This document shows, piece after piece, positions 18,636 to 28,630 of a stretch of 64,000 nt of DNA (the stretch's first letter is position 1; each line of letters begins with the position of its first letter). Source of the stretch: Phycisphaerales bacterium (GTDB taxonomy: Bacteria; Planctomycetota; Phycisphaerae; Phycisphaerales; UBA1924); contig JBGAOZ010000019.1 in assembly GCA_044221545.1 (NCBI GenBank), positions 20,833 to 84,832 on the forward strand, in the 5' to 3' direction. Under the pieces are notes generated by a model. It was not told the origin of the DNA. It worked only from the letters and a program-made list of their open reading frames with translations, and did not search any database. Both the position numbers and the translations under genes were made by a program.

Positions 18636-20591
18636 ATGGCCAAGATCATCGGAATCGACCTGGGCACCACGAACTCCTGCATCGCCGTCATGGAAGGCGG
18701 GCAGCCGAAGGTGCTCATTAACAGCTCCGGCAACCGCATTACTCCCTCGGTGGTGGCATTCACGGACAAGGGGGAGCGCCTGGTCGGCCAGCCCGCCAAA
18801 CACCAGCAGATCACCAACCCCAAGAACACGATCTACTCGATCAAGCGGTTCATGGGTCGCCGGCGCGTGGAAGTCTCGGGCACCGGCGAGAGCGGGTACG
18901 GCAAGAGCGGCAACGAGGAGAGCAAGGTGCCGTACACGATCGTCGGCGGACCCGACGAGTTCGTGAAGGTGCGGGTCAACCAGGGGGAGTTCACGCCCCA
19001 GCAGATCTCCGCGTTCATCCTCCAGGATCTGAAGAAGACGGCCGAGGACTACCTGGGCGAGAAGGTCGACCGCGCGGTCATCACGGTGCCGGCGTATTTC
19101 AACGATGCGCAGCGCCAGGCGACCAAGGACGCCGGGGAGATCGCCGGCCTGAAGGTCGAGCGGATCATCAACGAGCCCACCGCCGCCGCGCTCGCGTACG
19201 GCCTGGACAAGAAGAAGAACGAGAAGATCGCCGTCTTTGACCTCGGCGGCGGCACCTTCGACGTCTCCATCCTCGACATCGGCGACGGCGTCTTCGAGGT
19301 GCTCTCGACCAACGGCGACACCCACCTGGGCGGCGACGACTGGGACCAGCGCCTGATCGATCACCTCGCCGAGGAGTTCCGCAAGAAGGAGGGGATCGAC
19401 ATCCGCAAGGACGCGATGGCCCTCCAGCGCCTCAAGGAGGCCGCCGAGAAGGCCAAGATCGAGCTCTCCACGATGCAGGAGACGACGGTGAACCTGCCGT
19501 TCATCACGGCGGATCAGACCGGCCCCAAGCACCTGCAGGTCTCGCTGACACGCTCGAAGTTCGAGTCGCTGTGCAACGACCTGTTCGAGCGGCTCAAGGC
19601 CCCGTGCCAGAACGCGATCAAGGATGCCAAGCTCGACCCCAGCAAGATCGACGAGGTGATCCTGGTGGGCGGCTCGACGCGCATGCCCCGGGCCCAGCAG
19701 ATCTGCAAGGAGATCTTCGGCAAGGAGCCCAACAAGAGCGTGAACCCCGACGAGGTGGTCGCGATCGGCGCGGCGATCCAGGGCGGGGTGCTCATGGGCG
19801 AGGTCAAGGATGTGCTCCTGCTGGACGTCACCCCGCTCTCCCTGGGCGTCGAGACCCTGGGCGGCGTCATGACCAAGCTCATCGACCGCAACACCACCAT
19901 CCCGACAAGCAAGAAGGAAACCTTCTCCACGGCCGCCGACGGCCAGACCAGCGTGCAGATCCACGTGCTCCAGGGCGAACGCGAGTTCGCCCGGGACAAC
20001 CGCACGCTCGGGCAGTTCGAGCTCTCCGGGCTCGCCCCGGCCGCCCGAGGCACTCCGCAGATCGAGGTCGAGTTCGCGCTCGACGCCAACGGCATCCTGA
20101 CCGTGACCGCGGCCGACAAGGGCACGGGGAAGAAGGCCGACATCAAGATCTCCAACTCCGGCGGCCTCTCCAAGGACGAAATCGAGAAGATGAAGCGTGA
20201 CGCCGAGGCGCACGCCGCCGAGGACAAGGCCCGCCGCGAGCTGGTGGACCTCAAGAACCGCGGGGATGCCATGGTCATCCAGACCCGCAAGGCGCTCGAG
20301 GAGCATGGCGGCAAGGTCTCACCGGAATCGCGCGGCAAGATCGAATCGGCGATCTCGAGCCTCGAGGGCAAGATCAAGGGCGACGAGAAGGCCGCGATCG
20401 AGGCGGCGATGAAGGAGCTCGAGAATGCGAGCATGGAACTCGGAAAGGCCGTCTACGAGGCCAGCAAGGCCGCGGGGGGCGCCGGGGGCGCGAGCGCATC
20501 GGGCGGGTCGGCGCCCGGCCCAGATCAGGCGGCGGGCGGCTCCAAGAAGGACGATGTGATCGACGCCGAGTTCAAGGTCAAGGACGAGTAG
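18636..20591 (+). CDS. dnaK: Molecular chaperone DnaK (Hsp70)
   Basis: [34 protein letters not shown] and [11 protein letters not shown] are unmistakable Hsp70 signatures. 651 aa. SD-like AAGGAAGGA upstream. Confidence 0.97.
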   Translation: MAKIIGIDLGTTNSCIAVMEGGQPKVLINSSGNRITPSVVAFTDKGERLVGQPAKHQQITNPKNTIYSIKRFMGRRRVEVSGTGESGYGKSGNEESKVPYTIVGGPDEFVKVRVNQGEFTPQQISAFILQDLKKTAEDYLGEKVDRAVITVPAYFNDAQRQATKDAGEIAGLKVERIINEPTAAALAYGLDKKKNEKIAVFDLGGGTFDVSILDIGDGVFEVLSTNGDTHLGGDDWDQRLIDHLAEEFRKKEGIDIRKDAMALQRLKEAAEKAKIELSTMQETTVNLPFITADQTGPKHLQVSLTRSKFESLCNDLFERLKAPCQNAIKDAKLDPSKIDEVILVGGSTRMPRAQQICKEIFGKEPNKSVNPDEVVAIGAAIQGGVLMGEVKDVLLLDVTPLSLGVETLGGVMTKLIDRNTTIPTSKKETFSTAADGQTSVQIHVLQGEREFARDNRTLGQFELSGLAPAARGTPQIEVEFALDANGILTVTAADKGTGKKADIKISNSGGLSKDEIEKMKRDAEAHAAEDKARRELVDLKNRGDAMVIQTRKALEEHGGKVSPESRGKIESAISSLEGKIKGDEKAAIEAAMKELENASMELGKAVYEASKAAGGAGGASASGGSAPGPDQAAGGSKKDDVIDAEFKVKDE

Positions 20592-20656
20592 CCGGCGGGA
20601 CAGGTTGCCGACGCACGCCGGACAGCCCGCGCCCGATTCCAACGAACTCAACCACG

Positions 20657-20692
20657 CGCCCCGATGAAACACGATCATCGGGGCGTTGTTCA
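20657..20692 (+). terminator. Rho-independent terminator after dnaK
   Basis: Perfect 10-bp stem CGCCCCGATG/CATCGGGGCG (20657-20666 / 20676-20685) with a 9-nt loop, followed by TTGTTCATT. Confidence 0.65.
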
Positions 20693-20806
20693 TTCTCCTC
20701 GTGTCAAGGCAAGTCCGGGCGTCGGTCCGGCGCGATGCCGGCCCCGACCACGAGATGGCGCGCCGGACAGAACCGTGATCGCCGGAGTGGCCCGCGTGTG
20801 AAATGC

Positions 20807-20838
20807 AAGGCCCCGGGGTGTTCGAGCCCCGGGGCCTT
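20807..20838 (-). terminator. GC-rich hairpin downstream of the minus-strand PEP-CTERM-like gene
   Basis: Perfect 12-bp stem AAGGCCCCGGGG/CCCCGGGGCCTT with an 8-nt loop, 52 nt past the stop at 20890. Only a weak U-tract (GCATTTC) on the minus strand. Confidence 0.4.
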
Positions 20839-20889
20839 GTCGCGTGGGGAGAATGGGAGTGAGAGGAGAGTTCGGGGTGCGGCGGAGGC

Positions 20890-21732
20890 TCAGGCCCTGC
20901 GGCGCCGCTTGAGGACCAGCAGCGTTCCGCAGCCGGCGAGCATGAGCGAGCCCGGCGAGGGCGCGCTCGCCATGTCCATCGTGAAGGTGCTGATCGCCGA
21001 CCAGCCCTTGAAGTTGTCGTCCTTGCCGTTCTTGAGCGCGGTCGTGATCAGGTCGATCGAGGTCTTGTCGACCGCGATCTCCTTGCCGACCGTCGAGGTC
21101 CCCTTGGGTCTTTCGCCGTCGTCGCCCTCGTAGTGCCACGTCCAGCCGGCGAGGATCAGCATCTGCTTCTTGCCGTCGAGCTCGAACTTCTTGTCGTCCT
21201 GGAGGATCAGGAACGTCGAGAAGTCAAAGCCATTGCCCTTGCCGCGGCCGGGAAAGTCGATGAACTGCGAGTAGGACCGGTCCCCGTGCAGCGTCCGCGA
21301 ACCGAACTTGTTGTCCTTGATCCACTCGTCCTGCGAGTAGTAGTGCGGGTACGCATCGTCGGTCTCGGGATCCATGCTGGGGATCTTGGAGAAGATCGTT
21401 GTGGGGTCTCCGGTGACCTTGGTGCACACGTTGATCCAGTTGAAGTCGTACGTGTCGTCGAGCTTCCTGAACTTGTCCATGAACGTGAAGTAGCCGTTCA
21501 TGAAGCTCGGCTCTCCTTCCCATCCCTTGCCGTCCTTCTTCCCGGCCTCGACGGCGATCGAACCGACCTGCTGTGGCTTGTCGAAGCCCTTGACCGTGCC
21601 GTTGACCGCGATGGTGGTCGCCGCGGCGAGCGCCAGGCTCGGAAGGGCGCCGACGAGGGCGATCAGAGTGGCCGCGCCGGGGGCGGTGCCGCGATCGGCT
21701 CGGGCGGTGCGCGGTGATTCCGTTGCGGGCAT
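20890..21732 (-). CDS. Secreted protein of unknown function with PEP-CTERM-like (P-S-P-G) C-terminal sorting tail
   Basis: ATG with AAGGAGAAGG upstream. Signal peptide ...LIALVGALPSLALAAA. The body is rich in K/D/F/W. The tail is SAPSPGSLMLAGCGTLLVLKRRRRA. Confidence 0.75.
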   Translation of the reverse strand: MPATESPRTARADRGTAPGAATLIALVGALPSLALAAATTIAVNGTVKGFDKPQQVGSIAVEAGKKDGKGWEGEPSFMNGYFTFMDKFRKLDDTYDFNWINVCTKVTGDPTTIFSKIPSMDPETDDAYPHYYSQDEWIKDNKFGSRTLHGDRSYSQFIDFPGRGKGNGFDFSTFLILQDDKKFELDGKKQMLILAGWTWHYEGDDGERPKGTSTVGKEIAVDKTSIDLITTALKNGKDDNFKGWSAISTFTMDMASAPSPGSLMLAGCGTLLVLKRRRRA

Positions 21733-22050
21733 GGTCCTTCTCCTTGGGATTCGCTCGTCGGTGTGCCGCAGGCCCGCGGTGGTGCTCTCACACGCCGGTC
21801 TTGCTGGGATGTGAACGAATCCCGGGCCGGCGGCTCACGCGCCGATCGACGCAATCCCGAAGGATCGGCGGCGAGTTCGGAACGACGCCGTCCAGTCACC
21901 GTCCGCCAAGGCATCGGCGGCGGACGGGGGCGCGGTGGCGATCGGAGCCATCGCCGGCCCGTTGTTGGCGTCGTGGTTGGAGTCCGCGCGGTGATGGGAG
22001 TGAACCACCTGCCTGCGCGAGGTTCCCGCACGGCCGGGCGATCGCCGGTA

Positions 22051-22614
22051 TCAGCCGCGGACTGGGCCCCGGGCGTTCCACACCGCCCGGTACCTCCCCG
22101 CCATCGCCTCCAGCGCCGCCGGGATCACCCGGACCTGGCCGACCGTTGTCATGAAGTTCACATCCCCGCCCCAGCGCGGCACCAGGTGCACGTGCAGGTG
22201 CTGCGGTACTCCCGCGCCCGCGGCGCGGCCCTGGTTGACCCCGATGTTGATGCCCTGCGGCTCGAGTGTCTTCTGCATCAGCTCCGCCGCCAGTTCCGTC
22301 AGCTCCCACATCTGCGCCCGCTGGGCCGGCTCGTAGTCCAGGAGCGTCGGCCGCGCATCTCCCAGCGCCACGAGCAGGTGCCCGTTCGCGTACGGAAACG
22401 CGTTGAGCAGGATCAGCCCGTGATCCGTCCGTACGATGATGTGGTTCTTCTCATCCGACCCCGGATCGCGCCAGTAGTCCAGCAGGAACGAGCCGCTGCC
22501 GGAAGCGGGGGGGCCGGAACCCTTCTCCTTCTGATCCATGGACGAGAGGTACTCAAGCCGCCAAGGCGCCTGGAGGGCCGGAGGTCCCGGATTGTCGGGC
22601 GAAGACTGCGACAT
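22051..22614 (-). CDS. HIT-family nucleotide hydrolase/transferase (Ap4A phosphorylase-like)
   Basis: LNAFPYANGHLLV is present, as is the histidine triad QHLHVHLVPRWGGD. The first ATG is at 22614 (MSQSS...); the listed ORF starts two codons earlier at a GTG. Confidence 0.8.
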   Translation of the reverse strand: MSQSSPDNPGPPALQAPWRLEYLSSMDQKEKGSGPPASGSGSFLLDYWRDPGSDEKNHIIVRTDHGLILLNAFPYANGHLLVALGDARPTLLDYEPAQRAQMWELTELAAELMQKTLEPQGINIGVNQGRAAGAGVPQHLHVHLVPRWGGDVNFMTTVGQVRVIPAALEAMAGRYRAVWNARGPVRG

Positions 22615-22804
22615 CGCCACAGTCTAGTGACCCCGGTCGTGGGAATACGGCTGATGACATTCTCTCATCGTCGTGCCGACGATGGCGAACGTCGTGCGCA
22701 GAAGCGCGCGGCCGGCCCGGATGCGGGAAGTACCCCGCAACCTCCCGAAATACCGGCTTTCCCGGGTCCTATGCTGCGTGCGAGTGGGATCATCGGGAGT
22801 GACC

Positions 22805-24316
22805 ATGTTTTCATCGATTCAAGTCGGCGGCCGTGGCAAGAGCGAAGTCCTCGTGCTCGGTGTCTTTGCTTCCGAAACCGCCTCCGAACGGCCCAAGCTC
22901 GATCGCCAGAGCGCATCCATGGATCCCAGCGGCAACGCCGCCGAGGCGATCCGCAGGCCCGAATTCACCGGTGAACCGGGGTCTGTTCTGGAGGTCTATG
23001 TCGGCAAAGCGCTCAAGTCGGGCCACTCGCGCGTCTGGGTGATCGGGCTGGGCAAGAAGACCCTGTTCAAATCCGACACCCTCCGGCTCGCCGCGGGCAA
23101 CGTCGGGCGCAGGCTCGCCGGCTGCAAGGCCGCTTCGGCCGACATCGAGCTGCTCCCCCCCTGCGCGGCCGCCAGGATCGATGCCGGCAGCTCCGGGGCT
23201 GCCTTCGGAGAGGGCCTGGGCCTGATCGGCTGGGTCTGCGATGAATTCCGCGGTACCGGCGGCAAGGTGCCCGAGCGCCGGGCCCTGTCCGTCCGCGCCT
23301 CGAGCCAGCGGTTCTCCGATGGACTGAACAAGGGCCTGGGACTGGGCAAGAGCACCAACCTGGCCCGCACACTCAGCCAGACCCCGCCCAACATCGCGAC
23401 CACGGGCTACATGGCCGACCAGGCCCGCAGGCTCGCCCGCCAGTGCGGCCTGACGTGCAAGGTCCTCGAGGGCCAGGACCTGGTGCGCGAGAAGCTCGCC
23501 GGTCTCATCAACGTCGGGAAGGCCAGCGAGAACAAGCCCTGCATGGTCCGGCTGGAGTACAACCCACGCAGCGCCCGGAAGGGCTCAAGGCCCCTGGTGC
23601 TCATCGGCAAGACGATGACCTACGACACCGGCGGGCTGTCACTGAAGATCAACAACGGCATGGTCGGCATGAAGCGCGACAAGGACGGCGGGTGCGCGGT
23701 GCTCGGCGCCATGCACGCGATCGCCACCGTCATCAAGCCCAACCGTCGCGTGGTCGCCCTCCTCTCGATCGCCGAGAACTCCATCAGCGACGAAGCCTAC
23801 CGGCCCGACGATGTCATCCGCTACCGCAACGGCGTCACCGTCGAGGTCACCAACACCGACGCCGAGGGCCGCCTCGTGCTCGCCGACGCCCTGTGCTGGG
23901 CCTGCGAGAAGGAGGACCCCGACGGGATCATCGACCTGGCGACCCTTACCGGAGGCGTCGTCGTTGCCCTGGGCTCCACCTACTGCGGGCTGTTCTGCGA
24001 GGACGACCGCCTGCGCGCCAAGATCGAACGCGCCGCCGCGACCGCCGGGGAACGCGTCTGGCGCCTCCCCATGCACGAAGAGTACCGCGAGATGATGAAG
24101 AGCCCGGTCGCCGACATCCTCAACAGCAACGCCAACCGCAAGGCCCACCCCATCCAGGGCGCTGCCTTCCTCTCCTACTTCGTCAAGGACTCCATCCCCT
24201 GGTGCCACCTCGACATCGCCGGCGTGCACGTCTCGGACGGGAACAAAGGCTGCCACATCGACGGCCCCACCGGCTGGGGCGTCCGGACTCTCGCGTACCT
24301 GCTCGAGCAGGACTGA
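22805..24316 (+). CDS. pepA: Leucyl aminopeptidase (M17)
   Basis: ATG 22805 gives MFSSIQVGGRGKSEVLVLGVF. Motifs: GKTMTYDTGGLSLK, MKRDKDGGCAVLG and the M17 signature NTDAEGRLVLAD. The listed ORF starts upstream at 22673. Confidence 0.9.
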   Translation: MFSSIQVGGRGKSEVLVLGVFASETASERPKLDRQSASMDPSGNAAEAIRRPEFTGEPGSVLEVYVGKALKSGHSRVWVIGLGKKTLFKSDTLRLAAGNVGRRLAGCKAASADIELLPPCAAARIDAGSSGAAFGEGLGLIGWVCDEFRGTGGKVPERRALSVRASSQRFSDGLNKGLGLGKSTNLARTLSQTPPNIATTGYMADQARRLARQCGLTCKVLEGQDLVREKLAGLINVGKASENKPCMVRLEYNPRSARKGSRPLVLIGKTMTYDTGGLSLKINNGMVGMKRDKDGGCAVLGAMHAIATVIKPNRRVVALLSIAENSISDEAYRPDDVIRYRNGVTVEVTNTDAEGRLVLADALCWACEKEDPDGIIDLATLTGGVVVALGSTYCGLFCEDDRLRAKIERAAATAGERVWRLPMHEEYREMMKSPVADILNSNANRKAHPIQGAAFLSYFVKDSIPWCHLDIAGVHVSDGNKGCHIDGPTGWGVRTLAYLLEQD

Positions 24317-24448
24317 CCGTCGGTTGACGGGCGCCCGTTGATGACCGACGAGACCGGATGGACGGCGAGTATTCCTGCGCGAGTCAGAATGCCATCGGAG
24401 CGGGTTCGGCGGAGGGCCTCTCCTGATGGGCCGCCCGCGGTCGTTGCA

Positions 24449-24595
24449 GAAGTGCCGACAAGTCAAGTCCAGGCCGTTGACGGCGGACTCGGTTGCGTGG
24501 CCGGAACGTACCTCTCCGTGGCCGCGGGTGGATACTCCGGGATCGGGCTGATTCGGGCTCCGGGCGGCGCGGCTCTGCTTGCCGCGCTGCGATGA
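24449..24595 (+). pseudogene. Possible decayed C-terminal fragment of an RCC1-repeat/PEP-CTERM paralog
   Basis: EVPTSQVQAVDGGLGCVAG...GIGLIRAPGGAALLAALR* parallels the end of the next gene (NVPNLQFSAVDGGGFFGVGIIPGPGGLCAGLGAGL...RRRR). It has no plausible N-terminus and sits in a 435-bp gap. Confidence 0.3.
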
Positions 24596-24750
24596 TGGGC
24601 ATGCGCCGGTGAGTCAATCCCGTGTGGACGGTGGGTGTTCTTCCTTCGGTTTCCGCAACCACCGCCCGTCCAGCCTGTACAATCTCCCAGCGCCATGCAA
24701 TTCCGCCACCGTGGGAAACGGTGAACGCATCGGCTTAGGAGGATGATCCC

Positions 24751-25719
24751 ATGGGACGCTCTCTCGAGAGTCGCATCTGTTTTTGCGCCGCCGCGACCGT
24801 GCTCGCGGCGACCACCGCCCCCGCGCTGGCCGGCAACATCGTCACGTGGGGTGACACGAAATTCGGATTGCAGTCGCCGCCGGATGCGGTCGTCACATCG
24901 ATCTCCGCGGGCGATTTCCACGCGGTCGGTGTTCGGCCCGACGGCACGCTGGTGTCCTGGGGCGATAACGGCTATCACCAGATCGATGAACTGCCCACGG
25001 GCGCGTTCCAATCGGCGATCGCCGGGAGTTTCTACTCGGCGGGCCTGCGACCCAACGGCTCGCTCGAGGTGTGGGGCGGGCGCACCGAGATCGGCGGCAC
25101 CTCCGAGTTGATCACGTCGGCCCCGACCTCCGGGCATTTTCAGTCGATCGCCGGGGGGCTCTACCACGCGGTGGGGCTCGCCACCGACGGCACGCTGGTG
25201 CCGTGGGGCCTGCATTCGATCGACACGACCTACAACACGCTCCAGGCGCCCTCGGGTTCCTACACGCAGGTCACCGCGGGCAGCTACCACAGCGTGGCGA
25301 TGCGGGCGGACGGCTCGCTCGTGGCGTGGGGCTGGAACCAATTCGGCCAGCTCAATGTCCCTGCCGGCAGCTTCACGCGGATTTCCGCCGGCGGGCATTT
25401 CACGCTCGCGCTGCGGCCCGACGGAACGATCGCGGCCTGGGGTCGCGACGATTTCGGCCAGGTCAGCGGCGTGCCTTCGGGGCAGTTCGTGTCCATTTCT
25501 GCGGGGTTCTCGTTCGCGATCGCCCAGCGGGCCGACGGCACGGTCGCGGCCTGGGGGCGCAATAACCACGATCAGCTCAACGTCCCGAACCTGCAATTCT
25601 CGGCGGTCGACGGCGGGGGATTTTTCGGGGTCGGAATCATCCCGGGGCCGGGCGGGCTGTGCGCGGGGCTGGGAGCGGGCCTTTCCGGGGGCCTGCTGGG
25701 GATCCGCCGGCGGAGGTAG
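24751..25719 (+). CDS. Secreted RCC1-like beta-propeller repeat protein with PEP-CTERM-like (P-G-P-G) tail
   Basis: AGGAGGA RBS. Signal peptide ...AATTAPALAG. Six to seven repeats of the type AG..H..ALR.DGT..AWG.N..GQ. Tail IIPGPGGLCAGLGAGLSGGLLGIRRRR. Confidence 0.85.
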   Translation: MGRSLESRICFCAAATVLAATTAPALAGNIVTWGDTKFGLQSPPDAVVTSISAGDFHAVGVRPDGTLVSWGDNGYHQIDELPTGAFQSAIAGSFYSAGLRPNGSLEVWGGRTEIGGTSELITSAPTSGHFQSIAGGLYHAVGLATDGTLVPWGLHSIDTTYNTLQAPSGSYTQVTAGSYHSVAMRADGSLVAWGWNQFGQLNVPAGSFTRISAGGHFTLALRPDGTIAAWGRDDFGQVSGVPSGQFVSISAGFSFAIAQRADGTVAAWGRNNHDQLNVPNLQFSAVDGGGFFGVGIIPGPGGLCAGLGAGLSGGLLGIRRRR

Positions 25720-25822
25720 GCCGGTGCCGACCGGCCCGGCTTGCCTGAGTCGAGTCGCGGTCTATCATCCAGACCCATCCCGCAGGTCCTGCGGCGCGTG
25801 GTTGTTCGGAAAGGGTTCAGTC

Positions 25823-26101
25823 ATGCCCGCAGTCTGCTTTTATACCGGCAAGAAGACCACCTTCGGCAAGAAGCGCGCCTGGCGCGGCCAGGCCATCAAG
25901 AAGGGCGGCTTCGGTCTCAAGCCCACCGGCATCACCCGCCGGACCTTCAAGCCCAACCTCCAGCAGGTCACCGCGGTCGTCGAGGGCCGTCAGGAGCGCA
26001 TCCGCGTCTCCACCCGGGCGATCCGCCAGGGGCTGGTCGTCAAGGCCCTCAAGCGCAAGTACGGGTACACCCGGGCCAAGAAGGCCGCCGCCAACGCCTG
26101 A
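25823..26101 (+). CDS. rpmB: 50S ribosomal protein L28
   Basis: MPAVCFYTGKKTTFGKKRAWRGQ...RRTFKPNLQQV...IRVSTRAIR follows the L28 pattern. The listed ORF 25355..26101 includes non-coding upstream sequence. Confidence 0.85.
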   Translation: MPAVCFYTGKKTTFGKKRAWRGQAIKKGGFGLKPTGITRRTFKPNLQQVTAVVEGRQERIRVSTRAIRQGLVVKALKRKYGYTRAKKAAANA

Positions 26102-26126
26102 TCGGTGGATGCTCACCCATGACATG

Positions 26127-26156
26127 AACGCCGCCCCCCGTCGGGCGGCGTTTTTC
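26127..26156 (+). terminator. Rho-independent terminator after rpmB
   Basis: 10-bp stem AACGCCGCCC/GGGCGGCGTT with a 6-nt loop, running into TTTTTCTT. Confidence 0.75.
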
Positions 26157-26241
26157 TTGCGCCCGGTGCGAACGGCGCCCCGGGACCTGCTCATCCGCTC
26201 GCCGGCGTTCGCGCACCCGCGACGCGGACCCTCCGGCGTGT

Positions 26242-28554
26242 TCAGCACCCGAGCTCGAACGCCAGGACGAATGCATCAAAGTCCTCGTGGTCCACGAACC
26301 CGGTGAGGTCGAAGTCGGCCGCATCTCCGCCCTCGACGAACAGGTCCACGAACGCGCCGAAGTCCTCAAGATCCACGAAGCCGCTGCAATCGATGTCGGC
26401 CGCACACTCCCACAGGTGGGCCTGGGCCGACTCGACCGAATCGCACGCGCTCGAGACCACGCATGTGTAGTCGCCGCCGTCCGAAGCTCCGATGCCCGCC
26501 ACGCTGAGCGTCGCCGTGCCGCTGCCGGCGATCGCCGAGCCCCAGGGCGTTGGTCCGTCGGACAGTTCGACCCCGTCCCGGGCCCACCGCCGGGACAGCG
26601 GTCCCGTTCCGCCCGCATCGGCATGGAAGATCGCCGTCCCGCCGCGACAGATGACCTGATCCTGCGGCTGCAGCGTGATCGCGGGCGGCGCCGGCCACCG
26701 CAGCTCCCACGTGTCCGAGAGCTTCTGGCCTCCCCCGAATACCAGCACGCGATCGCCCGATATTCCCTGCGCCACCGCCGCGCCCGACCGCGGCAGCGGA
26801 CCGGCGGGCGAGACCATCGAACTCCACGCCGATCCCTCCCAGAGCCAGAGGTTCTGGCCCCCCGTGGTCCCCGACCCCGAGAAGTACAGCACGCGCCCCA
26901 GATCGGGCATGAAGACCGCCGCGCCGAACGCCCGCCGCGGGCCTGTCGATGCGTACAACGTCCACGCCGTGCCGTTCCAGGTCCAGGTGTCGGTGTTCTG
27001 GGTCCCGTTGGGTGCGAGGTAGCCGCCGGCGAGCACGGCGACCTGCCGCACCGGGTCGTACGCCATCGACGCCCCGGTCGCCACCGCCGGCGTTCCCGTG
27101 GACCGCAGCGTCCAGGCCGTGCCGTTATACGTCCAGGTCTTGGGCGTGGAGTTGACGACCCCGCCCCCGTGCAGCACCGTCACGCCCCGTGCTGCATCGA
27201 ACGCCATCGCGTGTGTTCCGCCATCGGGGCCCCAGACGCTCCGCTGGGTCCACTTGATCCCGTTCCACTCCCACGTGTCGCCGTACTGCATGGGAGTGTC
27301 GTACCCACCGAACAGCACCGTCCGCTTGCGCTTGGAGTCGTACACCATGCACGCGTGCTCGCGCGGCGTCGGGCCCGTGCTCGCTCCCAGCCTCCACCGC
27401 GAGCCGTCGTGGATCCACGTGTCCCCCAGCGGGATGTTGCTCCCGTCGCCGATCAGGCCCCCGAACATCACGAACTCGTGCCGGTCCGAGTCGTACGACA
27501 TCGCCGATCCCGTCCGGCCCTGCGGGGTGGCCGGATAGTCGTTGTGCCATGTCGATTTCCAGGACCACACGTCCGCGTGCGTCGTCGGGTAGTACGTCCC
27601 GAACGGCCTCCCTCCCACGATCACCAGCGAGCCGGTCCGCGTATCGAACGCGCCGCCCGCCATCGCACGCGCCGAAGGACCCGACGAGGTGACCTTCGAC
27701 CACTGCCCGCCCTGCAGCAGCCACGTATCCCCAAGGTATCCGGTTGTGCTCTCCCCGCCGAACAGGATCACGTTCCCCGTCACCGGGTCGCACCCCATGG
27801 CGTGCAGCCGGCGCGGCCCGGGGCCCGACACCCCGGCCTGGCTCCACTGTGCCCCGTTCCACGTCCACGTCTCGGCGCTGACCCCGCCCGACGCCGAGCC
27901 CCCGAACAGCACGACGCCGCCGTTCAGGCTGTCCGTGGACATCGCCGCCGCGTACCGGCTCGACGGCCCGCTCCCGGTCACCGGCGACCAGCTCAACCCC
28001 GTCCACTCCCACGTGTCCCCGTACACCGTCGTGCCGGAAGTCGTCGTCGTGCGTCCTCCGAACAGCAGCACACGGCCCCGCACGGGATCGAACGCCATCG
28101 CGCACTCTGTTCGCGGCGACGGGCCGGACGTCGTTACGTGCGTCCAGCCCGACCCGTCGTATTCCCACGTGTCCCCATAGCAGGTCGGCACCTGGAACGT
28201 CACCGACATGCCCCCGAACAGCACCATGCGACGCCGCACCGGGTCGTACGCCATCGCCGCGCCCGTTCGCCCGGACGGTCCGGCCGCGATCACCTGCGTC
28301 CAGGAGGTGTCGTCAAACTCCCACGTGTCGGCGTAGTAGCCCAGGTCATAGGTGTAGCTCGGGTACCACGCCCCGCCGAAGACGAGCAGGCGCTGGCGGT
28401 CCGTGTCGTACGCGACCGCCGCGCCCTCGCGCGTCGTCATGATCTTCTGTGTCCACTCCGGCCCGCACTGGCCCCGTGCGCCGGCGACGGGCCAAGCCGC
28501 CACCAGCATCCCGGCGGCCAGCAGCGCCGCCCGGCACGCGCGCACAATCCCCAT
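26242..28554 (-). CDS. Secreted Kelch-repeat (multi-propeller) protein with Ig-like domain and C-terminal twin DxDGSGFVD module
   Basis: ATG at complement of 28552-28554 gives MGIVRACRAALLAAGMLVAAWPVAGARGQC. More than ten repeats of the type R.g.AMAYD..R.r.vLFGG......DTWEW.G..W. An Ig-like block follows (SRRWARDGVEL...GDYTCVV). Tail CAADIDCSGFVDLEDF...AFELGC. Confidence 0.85.
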   Translation of the reverse strand: MGIVRACRAALLAAGMLVAAWPVAGARGQCGPEWTQKIMTTREGAAVAYDTDRQRLLVFGGAWYPSYTYDLGYYADTWEFDDTSWTQVIAAGPSGRTGAAMAYDPVRRRMVLFGGMSVTFQVPTCYGDTWEYDGSGWTHVTTSGPSPRTECAMAFDPVRGRVLLFGGRTTTTSGTTVYGDTWEWTGLSWSPVTGSGPSSRYAAAMSTDSLNGGVVLFGGSASGGVSAETWTWNGAQWSQAGVSGPGPRRLHAMGCDPVTGNVILFGGESTTGYLGDTWLLQGGQWSKVTSSGPSARAMAGGAFDTRTGSLVIVGGRPFGTYYPTTHADVWSWKSTWHNDYPATPQGRTGSAMSYDSDRHEFVMFGGLIGDGSNIPLGDTWIHDGSRWRLGASTGPTPREHACMVYDSKRKRTVLFGGYDTPMQYGDTWEWNGIKWTQRSVWGPDGGTHAMAFDAARGVTVLHGGGVVNSTPKTWTYNGTAWTLRSTGTPAVATGASMAYDPVRQVAVLAGGYLAPNGTQNTDTWTWNGTAWTLYASTGPRRAFGAAVFMPDLGRVLYFSGSGTTGGQNLWLWEGSAWSSMVSPAGPLPRSGAAVAQGISGDRVLVFGGGQKLSDTWELRWPAPPAITLQPQDQVICRGGTAIFHADAGGTGPLSRRWARDGVELSDGPTPWGSAIAGSGTATLSVAGIGASDGGDYTCVVSSACDSVESAQAHLWECAADIDCSGFVDLEDFGAFVDLFVEGGDAADFDLTGFVDHEDFDAFVLAFELGC

Positions 28555-28630
28555 GGCATCCTCCCTCCCTGCCCGTCGCGGGCCCGGGGACAGCATACAG
28601 GGCGGCCCGCGTCGGGTTCAAGACGTGTCG

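Noticed and set aside
18861-18936. Short insertion (about 9 aa) in the DnaK nucleotide-binding domain ([18 protein letters not shown])
   Set aside because: It is a surface-loop length variation of a kind common among Hsp70s. There is no evidence of functional novelty.
17952-20306. 784-aa minus-strand ORF overlapping dnaK
   Set aside because: dnaK on the + strand is unmistakable. The antisense frame is a repetitive L/G/D/A/V shadow.
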